Positions 26,601 through 37,509 are shown, counted from the first letter of the whole stretch. The stretch is DNA of 63,685 nucleotides, filler included, from Chiloscyllium plagiosum (GCF_004010195.1; 4 parts of one record of this genome joined end to end with filler, not necessarily neighbours in it); one strand, 5' to 3'. The notes: generated from the sequence alone by a model not told the origin. Made by a program: numbers and translations.

Positions 26601-27764
26601 GCAGGTCTGGCAAAAAGATTTGCTCACCTCTGATTAGCAGGTACTTCTTGGTAAGAGGGACTTCTGTCCCTCAGGATCCTGATGCTGGGCAAAGGCCTCC
26701 CCCAGAAGGGTTAAGCCTGTAAACTGCTCAGTTAGCAATTAATAACAGTGGAGCTTTCCAAGAAAGGGTACAAAAGTGGATCTCATGGCTCTCAAGCCAG
26801 TAGCTGAGGTCCACAAGCACAAGAATTCGACCCTTACAGTCAATCATTTTTAAATTGTGTCCTGTGTTGGGTTTGAAGCATTAGCTTGACTCCAAAAAAG
26901 CATTGGTAATAATTTTCTCCTAATTAGGATTAAATTCAATAATTAGTAATGAAATTGTTAATTCATCTATTGATCATTTCAACAAAATGTATTAAGTTAT
27001 TGTTGTGATGTTTAATTTTGACTATGGTTTTTTTGGCTTTAGATTTAATTTGGGTTTAAAATGTAGAGTATACAGGCAGCAAATAAGATATTTCACATTG
27101 TTTTTGCTGATGGCAAAAGCAGCATTGAAGGCAATGCTGGACAGTAACCAAAGCGATGGCAGTTCTGTCGAAGACCCAAAACATTTCCTTGGCAGTGACT
27201 AAACATTTATAAGCCCAACTGCAGTAATAGCAAATTAAAATCCAGCTACTGCTGACACTGAGCTCAAGTTCATTATTTCTAATCTACCCATGGCAAACTC
27301 AGCTTTACCAAGTTGGGATGCACTCTCTCACTACTGGTCCGTAATAATCTTACCCTCCATATCAGGGTTAGCAGTAGCCAGACTGGCATAATTTTGTTTG
27401 CATGCTCATAGCAATGGGTCATGTGGTTTTTTATTCCTACTGTTACAAAATTCACGACACAATATAAACAAGTCAAAAGGGAAATTGGCTATAGAACTGG
27501 GATAGTTCAATGTTGAAGGTGCCACTCTGTTTATTAGTTTATACACACAACACCTTTTTAAAACTTAAATTACATTACAAAATATGTTACAATATTTTAA
27601 CACATTGAGATTAACTGAAGGATCATTTCTAATCACTGTGATGTAGCTATTGATATTTATAATGTTTAACCAACTTTAATTACCTTTTAGGGATGAATAA
27701 AAAGCAGCAGAAGGTGGCAGCCAAGGACGAACAGCCTTCAAACAATAAAGCAGCCACTTTACAG
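2539..27764 (+). CDS. PARP8: PARP8 (mono-ADP-ribosyltransferase, ARTD16) partial gene: 8 internal coding exons; 5' and 3' exons not seen
   Basis: Exons join in frame (126+66+68+49+113+73+70+74 = 639 nt) to give [31 protein letters not shown]...[152 protein letters not shown]. This matches my recollection of vertebrate PARP8; [34 protein letters not shown] and GMNKKQ favour PARP8 over PARP6. Confidence 0.93.
3116..3338. mobile_element. Short palindromic Penelope-like element, family A; hammerhead-like core at 3211-3242
   Basis: Arms aaagtgaggactgcagatgctgg ... ccagcatctgcagtcctcacttt are reverse complements; core tc-CTGAAGA-a-gggc-tcat-gccc-GAAAC-GTC-ga. Confidence 0.8.
5215..5410. mobile_element. 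Family A short palindromic element (decayed)
   Basis: ggagaaagtgaggactgcagatgctgg end plus inverted partial copy; imperfect flanking repeat aactaaag..ttag. Confidence 0.75.
6385..6450 (+). CDS. PARP8: PARP8 exon (66 nt, phase 0-0) [22 protein letters not shown]
   Basis: Polypyrimidine tract plus ccAG acceptor; CAG|GTAAGC donor. Confidence 0.95.
6858..7020. mobile_element. Short palindromic Penelope-like element, family B
   Basis: gatgtggaggtgccagtgttgg end; aagtcagaagtcacatgaca / tgtcatgtgacttctgactt inverted arms; flanked by tagat(g/a)aaagct. Confidence 0.75.
7474..7792. repeat. Perfect 42-bp inverted repeat (7474-7515 / 7751-7792) with a 235-bp spacer
   Basis: aaggaatggtaaatctcaaagggtgattcacttgataatatt and its exact reverse complement. 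Confidence 0.95.
7870..8060 (-). mobile_element. CR1 3'-end fragment
   Basis: Minus frame [27 protein letters not shown], the CR1 ORF2 C-terminus. Confidence 0.75.
8061..8266. mobile_element. Family A short palindromic element with 10-bp TSD
   Basis: Flanked by ctctgggcaa / ctctgggcga; CTGATGA at 8177 followed by GAAACGTC. Confidence 0.8.
9113..10045 (+). mobile_element. CR1 LINE, 5'-truncated RT and 3' end
   Basis: Degenerate [26 protein letters not shown] and GNFFTQR motifs; CR1-type 3' tail. Confidence 0.9.
10896..10963 (+). CDS. PARP8: PARP8 exon (68 nt, phase 0-2) [22 protein letters not shown](W)
   Basis: aatAG acceptor; TG|GTACTT donor; the Trp codon is completed by the next exon. 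Confidence 0.95.
11076..11833 (+). mobile_element. Tigger/pogo-like non-autonomous DNA transposon
   Basis: Flanked by TA on both sides; imperfect TIRs cagatggttcttgtataa / ttataggagaactaccag; internal acidic tail PQPSTS...DDDDP* resembling a Tigger transposase C-terminus. Confidence 0.7.
12243..12291 (+). CDS. PARP8: PARP8 exon (49 nt, phase 2-0) (W)[16 protein letters not shown]
   Basis: ccAG acceptor; AGG|GTAAGT donor. Confidence 0.95.
12990..14626 (+). mobile_element. Old, heavily mutated CR1 ORF2 fragment
   Basis: Degenerate [19 protein letters not shown] and QGSVLG motifs with many frameshifts. Confidence 0.85.
14041..14188. mobile_element. Family A short palindromic element nested in CR1, 10-bp TSD
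   Basis: ctggtcagat at 14031-14040 and 14189-14198. Confidence 0.8.
16361..16668 (-). mobile_element. HE1-like V-SINE nested in CR1
   Basis: tRNA-like head, V-domain, and a CR1-like tail ending in (tctaa)n. Confidence 0.88.
16669..16790 (-). mobile_element. Tx1/L1-clade RT fragment fused to the SINE 5' end
   Basis: Minus frame [41 protein letters not shown] is an L1/Tx1-type motif, not the CR1 PQGSVLG. Confidence 0.8.
18300..19330 (+). mobile_element. Very old CR1 fragment containing a decayed Penelope-like short element at about 18695-18835
   Basis: Residual CR1 phrases (NPNAF, SPGP, NYRAVS); ctctacagatgctgccagacctgct motif related to family A. Confidence 0.55.
20677..20789 (+). CDS. PARP8: PARP8 exon (113 nt, phase 0-2) [37 protein letters not shown](H)
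   Basis: tgcAG acceptor; CA|GTAAGT donor; the catalytic-motif His codon is split by the intron. Confidence 0.95.
22330..22900 (+). mobile_element. Possible decayed Gypsy gag remnant plus LTR-like segment
   Basis: Reads [22 protein letters not shown]...LIRD, resembling gag; downstream TATATAAAA and AATAAA. Confidence 0.35.
22977..23049 (+). CDS. PARP8: PARP8 exon (73 nt, phase 2-0) (H)[24 protein letters not shown]
   Basis: tctAG acceptor; CAG|GTAAGA donor; FHGS...SILRNGL PARP signature. Confidence 0.95.
23602..23819. mobile_element. Family A short palindromic element, 14-bp TSD, intact hammerhead-like core at 23726-23757
   Basis: atcatgactcctag at 23588-23601 and 23820-23833; tc-CTGATGA-a-gggc-tttt-gccc-GAAAC-GTC-ga. 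Confidence 0.88.
24235..24452. mobile_element. Family A short palindromic element, 14-bp TSD
   Basis: tcagcagtaaacag at 24221-24234 and 24453-24466. Confidence 0.85.
25011..25080 (+). CDS. PARP8: PARP8 exon (70 nt, phase 0-1) [23 protein letters not shown](G), followed by a GC donor
   Basis: ctatAG acceptor; CAG|GCAAGT non-canonical donor; YGxGIY motif of PARP catalytic domains. Confidence 0.9.
25868..26185 (-). mobile_element. HE1-like V-SINE
   Basis: Same head, V-domain and tail as 16361-16668. Confidence 0.85.
27691..27764 (+). CDS. PARP8: PARP8 exon (74 nt, phase 1-0) (G)[24 protein letters not shown]
   Basis: ttttAG acceptor; CAG|GTATCG donor; resembles the PARP8 MNKKQKVSAKDEP segment. 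Confidence 0.88.
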
Positions 27765-27969
27765 GTATCGGGCTGATGGTGGGATATTTCCCATGTTGCG
27801 GTACCTGCACTTGGTGTTCACCATTGGTCAGGAAACATACATAATGATCCACCCAGTGGCAAACTTTCTAATATGGTCAGCCAGGTCTGGAAACACCAGA
27901 ATGGTGACAGCAGAGAGGATGCCATTCAGCCAGCAAAAGCGACTCAGTTATGAACGTACTAACTTCAGC

Positions 27970-28700
27970 AATAGGAGCAACTGTAGACAATTTGGCCCCT
28001 CAAGACTTCTCCATTCAATAAGATCATGGCTGATCTGTTTGTGATTTGAATTCCACATTCCCATTTTTATTGATAATCCTCAAATCATCTGCTTAGCAAA
28101 AATATATCCACCTCTGCTGTGAACAAGCCTCTTTTGAGGCAAAGCATTACACAGTCTCAGAGACAGCAGCATTTCTCCTCCTCTCTGTCCTGAAAGAGAA
28201 ATGCCCTCTGTGGACTGAATCAAAAGGGAAATATCCTTCACACTGACAAGACCATTTAGGATCTTCAATCAAGTCATCCCTCTCTCTTCTCAACTCCTGT
28301 AGAAACTCGAGCCTATCCAATGTTTCTACATAAGACAACGCAATCATTCCAGGTATTAATCTAGTGAACCTTCTCTGAACCACCTCCAACGCATTTACGT
28401 CCTACCTTAAATAAGGAGACCAACACTGGAAAGTATTCAAGATGTGGTCTCACCAAACCTCTACTGAAGGATAACATCCTTACTTTTATGTTCAATTCTT
28501 GCCATAAAAAACTATAGCCTTTTAATTATGTGCATGCTAGTCTTTTGTGATCATGCATAGAATACCTAAATCACTCTGCATCTCAGAATTCAGTAGTTGT
28601 TCACTGTTGAGGTAATATTTTTCTTTTCTATGCTTCTTGCCAAAGTGAACAACCTCACACTTTCCCAAATTGCAATATACTTGCCAGAATTTTGTAACTC
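27970..28700 (-). mobile_element. CR1 3' fragment (old)
   Basis: Minus frames VQRRFTRLIPGM and KCEVVHFG. Confidence 0.85.
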
Positions 28701-29129
28701 CTTCAACCGACTTCCTTACGTATTTTCTTAACATACTTCGTGCATATTCCCAAGTAACACCAGCAGGAGTGTTGGTCCCATTGGCGAAGCAGGAGAGTTA
28801 GTGAGTTATCAGCAGGGCTTGATGTGCTGGGACCTGCTTGATTCAAGTAGCAAATGACTAGAGTGCCAGAGATTCTAGTCTCCGGCTGCCAGGAATCCGC
28901 TCATGGAGTTAACTTGATACTGAAGAGATCCATTTTTTCTACTTTCAACCAAATAACATGTTTGTGTCAAAAAGAGCAAATGAGGAAATTCAAGTCTGGC
29001 AGGAATGCTAAAATAGGTGGGCATTGATAGACGACTCAATGTACAATCTGCCTGGTTTACTGTTGTACATAATGTAAGGATGATTCAAAAGTGCCTGTTC
29101 CACATTATCATATGGTCAAAATCCAGTTA

Positions 29130-29740
29130 CGGAGTCATACAGCACAGAAGAAGCCCTTTGGCCCACTGAGTTTGTGCCAACCTATCTGGATGAATCCAAC
29201 TTTCCAGCATTTGGTCTATAACCTTGAATGTTATGTCATTTCAAGTAGTTAATCATATACTTTTTAAAGATTATGAAGTTTCCTCCCCAGTAGTGCACTC
29301 CAGATTGCCACTATCCTCTGGGTGAAATAATGTTTCCTCCAATCCCCTTTAAACAGCCTGCCTTTTGTCTTAAATTTATGGCTCCTCATTAGTGACTTTT
29401 CAACAAAGAGGAATAGCTGCTTCCCAGCTACCCTGTCCACACCCGTCTTAATTGTAGAACATAGAACGTAGAACCTAGAACAATACAGCACAGAACAGGC
29501 CCTTCGGCCCACGATGTTGTGCCGAATATTTGTCCTAGCTTAAGCACCCATCCATGTACCTATCCAATTTCCGCTTAAAGGTCGCCAATGATTCTGACTC
29601 TGCCACTCCCACAGGCAGCGCATTCCATGCCCCCACGACTCTCTGGGTAAAAAACCTACCCCTGACATCCCCCCCTATACCTTTCACCCTTCACCTTAAA
29701 TTTATGTCCCCTTGTAACACTCTGTTGTACCCGGGGAAAA
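29130..29740 (-). mobile_element. Two adjacent CR1 3' ends running into a gap
   Basis: FTQR-type C-terminal motifs; (tagaaca)n tail at about 29454-29482. Confidence 0.8.
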
Positions 29741-29840
29741 NNNNNNNNNNNNNNNNNNNNNNNNNNNNNNNNNNNNNNNNNNNNTTAATTAATTAANNNN
29801 NNNNNNNNNNNNNNNNNNNNNNNNNNNNNNNNNNNNNNNN
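29741..29840. other. Assembly gap with artificial six-frame-stop linker (44N-TTAATTAATTAA-44N)
   Basis: Identical 100-bp construct at 51454-51553 and 60023-60122. Confidence 0.95.
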
Positions 29841-30180
29841 AAATCACACAGCACTGCCCTTTGATGTGAAGGGCAGTGTTTGTCACTGGCCACCCGGGTG
29901 TTTTCCTATCTTCCTGGTGGTGGAAATTGAATAAAAAATTTGTGCACTTTGTGTCCTTCACTGTGTTTCACACATATACACACACACCATGGGTGCGGGG
30001 GATAAAATAAGCACTACCGCACTTAGGTGGTAGTGTGGGGAAAAAAGAGGAAAAAAAGAAGAAAAAAAAAGAGAAAAAAATAAACAAGAGTGTGATCACA
30101 CAGCATTGCCCTTTAAAAGAAAAAAAAATACATCCAGGAGAATACACAGCAAAAAAAAGAAAAAAAAATATAACCAGAAA
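29841..30180 (+). mobile_element. 3' end of a polyadenylated retroelement (L1/Tx1-like) with hairpins and compound A-tails
   Basis: AATAAA; hairpins at 29851-29879 and 30012-30035; several A-rich tracts. Confidence 0.6.
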
Positions 30181-30204
30181 TTAGAATCTCCTCAGTTGAA
30201 GACT

Positions 30205-30297
30205 GATGCTGAGATGGATGCCACAGCCAGTGCAGTGCGCACTAGTAAATGAATGGGTGACTTGGTGACGGCACCCAGCCTCTGTGTAGTTATTTCA
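30205..30297 (+). mobile_element. 3' part of an LTR related to the solo LTR at 45756-47077
   Basis: gggtgacttggtgacgg...gcctctgtgtagttatttCA resembles the reverse complement of 45756-45800. Confidence 0.55.
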
Positions 30298-31040
30298 TGT
30301 ACATAGAAGATAAAGATCCTGCAGCAGTATTCAAAGGAGGACTGGTACCTTACCAAAATTCTGTCCTCCATATTTCCCTCAATTTGCCACAAGCGAATTA
30401 TGATGAATTGGTTACTTAGCTTCTGGGATCTTCCTGTGCTTTGGACAAAATTATTGTTCCGTTCACCTAGGACAGCACTCACCCTAATGTAGAATAATTT
30501 TTCAAAATCTGTAAACACACTATTCCACTGTCCTTGTCTCACTCTGCATTCTGTGACAGGAGTATTGATCCTGTCAGCATTGTTGTGTCAGACATGAGGA
30601 GGTTAGAAAAGTAAGCAGGAATTCCTACATTTCTGCTGAACTGAAATGACACAGTATATTCCAGACAACCTTCTAATATGTTAAATATAAAAAAAGGTCT
30701 TCAATATGATTTATTGTCTGATTAAGATGTCTTATGCTTTTCTACCTGGAGTGAATAAATGCTATCACCTGTGCAAAATCACAAGGGGTTTTAAATGGGG
30801 CTTTGAATACTTGAGACAGACTTTTAATTTGTATTTTTCTCTGTGGCTTTTTTTGGTGCTTTTACCTGGTCTCTCTGCATCTGAGAAGGTAAAAAATAAC
30901 CTTTGTTTGGCTTGAAACCACTAGCTGAGTATTGTCTACAAGACTTTTGCAACATTCAATTTGAATAATTTGTAAGAATCAGCAGAGCAGGAAGACTGTA
31001 GAAATGAGGGAGTGTGAAGATGAATTGGCATGGAATGCAG

Positions 31041-31184
31041 TCAAAAAATGAGGCACTGGAAAAGCACAGCAGGTGAGGCAGCATCCGAGGAGCAGGGGAA
31101 TTAACGTTTCGGCATTAGCCCTTCACCAAGAGAAAGGCTTTTGGACTCGGATCTCCAGCATCTGCAGTCCTCACTTTCTCCTGT
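31041..31184. mobile_element. Family A short palindromic element, 12-bp TSD
   Basis: catggaatgcag at 31029-31040 and 31185-31196. Confidence 0.82.
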
Positions 31185-31674
31185 CATGGAATGCAGCCCA
31201 ATGTGAGACAAGGACACTCACTGAAAACTAGAAAGTGCACGCCAGTTAGCAGGCTACAATAAAATTAATGATACGATTGTTTTAAACTGTTCCACACTTT
31301 GATATTTTGTAGTTGACACATTATAAAGTAAAATGAAGCATGCCAGTGAGATCAATAAGTTAAGCCGGGATATCTGTACGTGACGTCACATCACCAAACA
31401 TACCTGCAGACTATGTCATCCATACTTGACCAATAAAGATTTGGATCAACATTGTCCTGTTGTAGGCTGCACAAAGTGAGAGTTTTAAACAGTATGAAAG
31501 ATGGGTTTATAGAATCATAGGTGTTTTGGTGCAGAAGGAGGCTCTTCGCTCCATCATGCCTGTACCAGTTTGTTGAATGAGCATCATCATCTACTGTCAA
31601 TCTCCTGCTTTTTCCGCATACCCTTGCACACTCATTCTGACCCAATACTCATCTAATGCCCTCTCAAATACCCC

Positions 31675-33310
31675 AAAATCCATATTACTGAGGAGGAGGT
31701 GCTGGGTATCTTATAATGCATAAAAATGGATAAATCCCCAGGACCTGATCAGGTGCAGCTTAGAACTCTGGAAAGCTGGGGAAATAATTGCTGGACCCCT
31801 TACTGAGATACTTGTATCATCAATCGTCACAGGTGAGGTGCAAGAAGACTGAAGGTTGGCTAACGTGGTGCCATTATTTAAAATAGGTGGAAAGGAAAAG
31901 CCAGGGAACTATAGACCAGTGAGCCTGACATTGGTGGTGGACAGGTTGTTGGAGGAAATCTTGAGGAACAGGATTTACATGCATTTGAAAAGGCAACAAC
32001 TTATTAAAGATAGTAAACATGGCTTTGTGCGTGGGAAATCATGTCTCATAGACTTGATTGAATTTCTTGAAGAATTAATGAAGAGAATTGATGAGGGCAG
32101 AGCGGTTGACGTGATCTATATAGACTTCAGTAAGGCATTTGACAAAGTCCCTCATGGTAGACTGGTTAGCAAGGTTAGATCTCATGGAATAGAGGAGAAC
32201 TAGCCAATTGGATATAGAACTGGCTTGAAGATAGAAGACAGAGGGTGGTGGTGGAGGGTTAATTTTCAGACTGGAGGCCTGTGACCAGTGGTTTGCCACA
32301 AGGATCGGTGGTGGGTCCACTACTTTTGTCATTTGTGTAAATGCTTTGGATGTGAACAGGTATAGTTATAGCTATAATCAGGTATAGTTAGTAAGTTTGC
32401 AGCTGACTCCAAAATTGGAGGTGTAATGGACAGTGAAGAAGGGCTAATGCCCGAAACGTCGATTCTCCTGTTCCCTAGATGCTGCCTGACCTGCTGCGCT
32501 TCTCCAGCAACACATTTCCATCTCTGATCTCCAGCATCTGCAGACCTCATTTTCTCCTCAGTGAAGAAGGTTGCCTCAGAATACAGTGGGATCTTGATCA
32601 GATGCGCCAATGGGCCGAGGAGTGGCAGGTGGACTTTAATTTAGATAAATGTGAGGTGCCATATTTTGGAAAGGCAAATCAGAGCAAGACTTATACACTT
32701 AATGGGAAGGCGCTCGGGAGTGTTGCTGAACAAAGAAATCTTGGAGTGCAGGTTCATAGTTGCTTGAAAATAGAGTCACAGGTAGATAGGATAGTGAAGA
32801 AGGCATTTGGTATGATTTCCTTTATTGGTCAGAGCATTGAGTATTGGAGTTGGGAGGTCATATTGCAGCTGTACAGAACATTGATTAGGCCATGTTTGGA
32901 ATATTACATGCAAATCTGATCTACCTCCTATCATAAGGATGTTGTGAAGCTGAATGGGTGCAGAAAAGATGTACAAGGATGTTGCCAGGGTTGGAGGATT
33001 TGAGCTATAGGGAGAGGTTGAATATCCTAATCTAACTTAGTCACATTTGCCAGCACCTGACCTATATCCCTCTAAACTCTTCCTATTCTTATACCCATCC
33101 AGTTGCCTTTTAAATGCTGTATTTGTACCAGCCTCCACCACTTCCTCTGGCAACTCATTTCAACAGGTTCCATTGTCTGTGTGAAAACGATGTCCCTTAG
33201 GTCCCTTTTATACCTTTCCCCTATCACACTAAAAGGTTGGGATATCTGGTCAGCATGGACAAGTTAGACCGAAGGGTCTGTTTCCATGCTGTATATCTCT
33301 AAGGCTCTAT
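31675..33310 (+). mobile_element. CR1 LINE ORF2 RT fragment with a nested element and an internal inversion
   Basis: ORFs 31856..32203 and 32479..32919 give [20 protein letters not shown] and LDKCEV. Confidence 0.93.
32443..32558 (+). mobile_element. Family A single-arm insertion, 12-bp TSD
   Basis: cagtgaagaagg at 32431-32442 and 32559-32570; the insert begins within the hammerhead-like core. Confidence 0.85.
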
Positions 33311-33379
33311 TATTATAACTAAACCCTCTTCAAACACATGTCCAGCTCATACATTTCATACTCTGACTATATTCTGAGT

Positions 33380-33740
33380 GAAATAAAACTTTCCTCACAA
33401 AACTCTTGCTGTATTTGCAAATCATTTAAAACCTATGCCCTCTTGTTCCTTTCGCAAGCAGAAATAGCTTCTCCCTGTCTACTCTATCCAGCCCACTCAC
33501 GATTTTGAAAGTCTCTATCAGATCTCCTTTCTGCCTTCTTCTCTCCAAGGAGACCCGTTCCAACTTCTTGAATTTATCCTCCGAGCTGAAGGTCTTCATT
33601 CCTGGAATCATTCTTGTAAACTATTTCTGTAGTCTCTCCAATGTGTTTACATCCTTCCTGTAGAGTGATGCCTGAAACTGTACACAATAATCCAGCTGAG
33701 ATCTAAAAAGTGCCTTGTATAAATTCAACATCATATCCTT
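33380..33740 (-). mobile_element. CR1 3' fragment
   Basis: MIPGM...SLERRRQKGDLIETFKI...TRGHRF. Confidence 0.8.
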
Positions 33741-34369
33741 GTTGTAATCTAAATAGGAGCAGACAAAGAAGGACTAATACAATAACAAAGATAAGTTTAC
33801 AGTGCATGTATGTACATTCTCAAAGTTTAGTGATAAGAAACAGACACAGATAGTCATGTGAGAACAAAGTGGCAGATTGGGGTCATGTCCCCTGGTTGGA
33901 GAATCTGTAAAAATCCCAGTTCTCTTCTGTTGTAACGGCCCGTGGAAATTAAGAAGTTTACAAGCCAATGGCATTGCTGAGAAGCATGTAGCTGCTGCTA
34001 ACAATCCATCCGCCTGAGATTGAGGAATGGTGAGGGAACCTGACCATAGCTGAGTGACAACGGGGTGGAGTAATGGGTAAACAGTCACTGTCTAGAACTG
34101 AATGGGTTTGAAGAAATGCAACTCAGAGAGGAAACCTCATATGAACCAGTAAGAAACCAAATCAATATCTACAGGCACACACTGTTCAATACTGGTTTTG
34201 ATCTTCTGGGAGCTGGATTCATACTGAAGGCAACCACAATACCGATCATTCTCTTAAACAAAAATGTGACACCAGCAGCTTTCATGATTTTTCAGCTTGG
34301 ACTCAGATTACCCTATAAACCCCATTCTGCCTTGTGCTCATATATAAATTCCATATGTGTGTTCTGTTT

Positions 34370-36060
34370 ATCATGAGGGGGGAATCTCATAGAAATATAT
34401 AAAATCCTGATGGGATCGGCTAAGCTAGATGCGGGAAGAATGTTCCCAATGTTGGGGAAGTCCAGAACTAGGGGTCACAGTCTAAGAATAAGGGATAATA
34501 AATGGATTTAGAAAGGGAGGTCGTGCCTAACAAACCTGTTCGAATTTTTTAAAGAGGTAACAAGAAGGTTAGACCAGGGAAACCCAGTGGATGTTATCTA
34601 CCCAGACTTCCAAAAGGTCTTTCATAAGGTGCCTCATAGGAGGCTGCTGAGTAAGGTGAGGGCCCATGGTGTTCGAGGTGAGTTACTGGCATGCATTGGG
34701 ATTGGCTGTCTGACAGAAGGCAGAGAGTTGGATAAAAGGTTCTTTTTTGGAATGGCAGCTGGTGACAAGTGGGGTCCCGCATGTTCCGGTATTGGGGCCT
34801 CAGCTGTTCACTTTATATATTAATGATCTGGATGAAGGGACTGGGGGCATTCTGGCGAAGTTTGCCGATGGTACAAAGTTAGTCGGACAGGCAGATAGTA
34901 CTGAAGAGGTGGGGAGGCTGCAGAAAGATTCAGACAGTTTAGGAGAGTGGTCCAGGAAATGGCTGATGAAATTCAGTGCAAAGTTTTGCACTTTGGAAAA
35001 AAGAATTCAGGCACGCACTACCACACTAATTTTTAAATGGTGAGAAAATTCATAAAGCCAAAGTACAAAGGGATCTGGGAGTGCTAGTCCAGGATTCTCT
35101 AAAGGTTGATTTTTAAGTTGAGTCCATGATTAAGAAAGCAAATGTAATGTTATCATTTATCTCAAGAGGGTTGGAATATAAAAGCAGTGATGTGCTTCTG
35201 AGACTTTATAAAGCTCTAGTTATGCCCCATTTAGAATAATGTGTCCAATTTTGGGCCCCACACCTCAAGAATGATATACTGGCACTGGAGCGCGTCAGCG
35301 GAGATTCACACGGATGATCCCTGGAATAGTAAGCCTAACATATGATGATTGGCTGAGGATCCTGGGATTGTATTCATTACAGTTTAGAAGGTTGTGGGGA
35401 GTTCTAATAGAAACTTACAAGGTAATTCATGGCTTAGAAAGGGTAGACGCTGGGAAGTTGTTTCCATTAGGTGGGGAGACTAGGACCCGTGGGCACAGCC
35501 TTAAAATTAGAGGGGATCAATTCAGAATGGACATGAAGAGACATTTCTTCAGCCAGAGTGTGGTGGGCCTGTGGAATTCACTGCCACGGGGCGCAGTGGA
35601 GGCTGGGATTTTGGGTGTCTTCAAGGCAGAGATTGATAAACTCTTGATCTCGCAATGAATTAAGGGCTATGGGGAGAGTGCGGGTAAGGTGGAATTGAAA
35701 TGCCCATCAGCCATGATTAAATGGCAGAGTGGTCTTGAGGGGCTGAATGGCCTTGCTTCTACTCCTAAATTTGTGGCTTATGGTCTTTTGATAAGTCACT
35801 CAGGATTGAGATGAGGAAGAATTTCTTCACTTCGAGTTGTGAAATGGGAATTCTGTACCACTGTAAGCTATTGGAACCAGTTTGTTATATATATCTAAAA
35901 GGGAGCTGGACATGGTCCTTGTGGTCAAAGACATCAAGGATATGGAGAGAAAGTGGGAATGGGATACTGAATTGCATGATCAGCCACGACCATATTGAAT
36001 GACAGTGCAGGCTTGAAGGGTCAAAATGTCCATTCCTGCACTTATTTTCTATCTTTCTAT
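34370..36060 (+). mobile_element. Cluster of CR1 fragments (main copy about 34500-35790)
   Basis: DFQKVFHKVPH, VLGPQLFTLYINDL, KFADGTK, TRGHSLK and FFSQSVVGLWNSLP. Confidence 0.9.
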
Positions 36061-36497
36061 CTATCATCTCATTTGTCTTTTTGAATTTTTGTTAGGTAAC
36101 TCCTGTGCACCTCAACTCCCCCCCCTCAGATTCCCTGTCTGCAACACTTCCAAACCCTCACAGCTCCCATCTTTTCCATTCCCTACACACCATACCTCCC
36201 ACTGGATTCATCAAACCAAACACCTTGTCAGGATTGTGGAACTATGGTCTGGATGTGGATACCTCAGCATTTTACAGCAATTATTATATCTGAAAGCAAT
36301 GAAAATATTACATCACAACAACTAACGGGCAGTTTGATTTTATGAATCCGGATGAGTGTTGTCAAATCGGAGGACTACAACATGCAGAACCCTAATGATC
36401 TCCAAACCACAGAGTTTCTGATAGGCCAGCATTCAATGTAGCAATATGTGTCGATCATGAGACTGTTGATTAAAATTCTTTATGTCCCATCTCCAGA

Positions 36498-36915
36498 TAG
36501 AGTCATAGAGATCTACAGCATGGACACAGACTCTTCAGTCCAACTCATCCATACTGACCAGATATCCTAAATTAATCTAGTCCCATTTGCCAACACTTGG
36601 CTCATATCCCTTTAAACCCTTATTTTTCATGTACTCCTCCCAGATACCTTTTAAATGTCGTAATTGTACCAGCCTCCACCACCTTCTCTGGCAGGTCATT
36701 CCATACACACAACTGCGTGAAACTGTTGTCCCTTATGTCCCTTTTAAATCTTTTGCCTCTCATCTTAAACCATGCCCTCTAGTTTTGTACTCCCCTACCC
36801 TGGGGTAAAGACCATGGCTATCCACCCTATTCACGCCCCTCACGATTTTATGAACTTCTATAAGATCACCCCTCAACCTGTGACAGTCCAGAGAAAATAG
36901 CTCCTGTCTATTCAA
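36498..36915 (-). mobile_element. CR1 3' end
   Basis: atagagtcatagag tail and ORF2 C-terminus in reverse. Confidence 0.85.
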
Positions 36916-37509
36916 GTCCCCTGAAGAGATAAGGGCAGAAACAGCTAAGCAAAAGGCTGCTGAAATTTCACATCTGGACTAGCTGTGTGGAGTTAGAGAA
37001 TACTGATGTCATCCTTGACTTGTGCCAAATCATGTAGCTGAAGAGCATGTTGGAGGCCAACTATGGTAAGTGCTGGACCCACTCATTTGTTTTTTTTTTA
37101 AGATATTACAAATTTAAGGCATGGTATTGAAGAACTATAAATGTTCATACTTTTATCTGCATAATTTCTGACTTTCTGAGGCAGAACACTAATCATCCTT
37201 TTCCTCAACAGCTGAGTTTGCTGGAGGTCACAGAACACCAAAGGCGAAATGTGCTCACTCCAAGACCATCTCAGTTTGTCAAGATACTTAGTAAAAAAAT
37301 TCTCTCATGGGACATGGGCATCATTGGCTGGCCAGCATTAATTGCCCTTGACAAGGTTGTGGTGAGCTGCCTTCTTGAACCGCTGCAATCCACGTGTTGT
37401 AGGTTGACCCACAATGCACTGATGGAGGGTTTCCAGGATTTTGACTCAGCAACAATGAAGGAATTGCAGCATATTTCCAGTGCAGAGAAACTGCAAAAAG
37501 CTCAACACA

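Noticed and set aside
29785..29796. TTAATTAATTAA as a biological motif (also 51498-51509 and 60067-60078)
   Set aside because: Always centred in exactly 44+44 N; an artificial linker with stops in all six frames.
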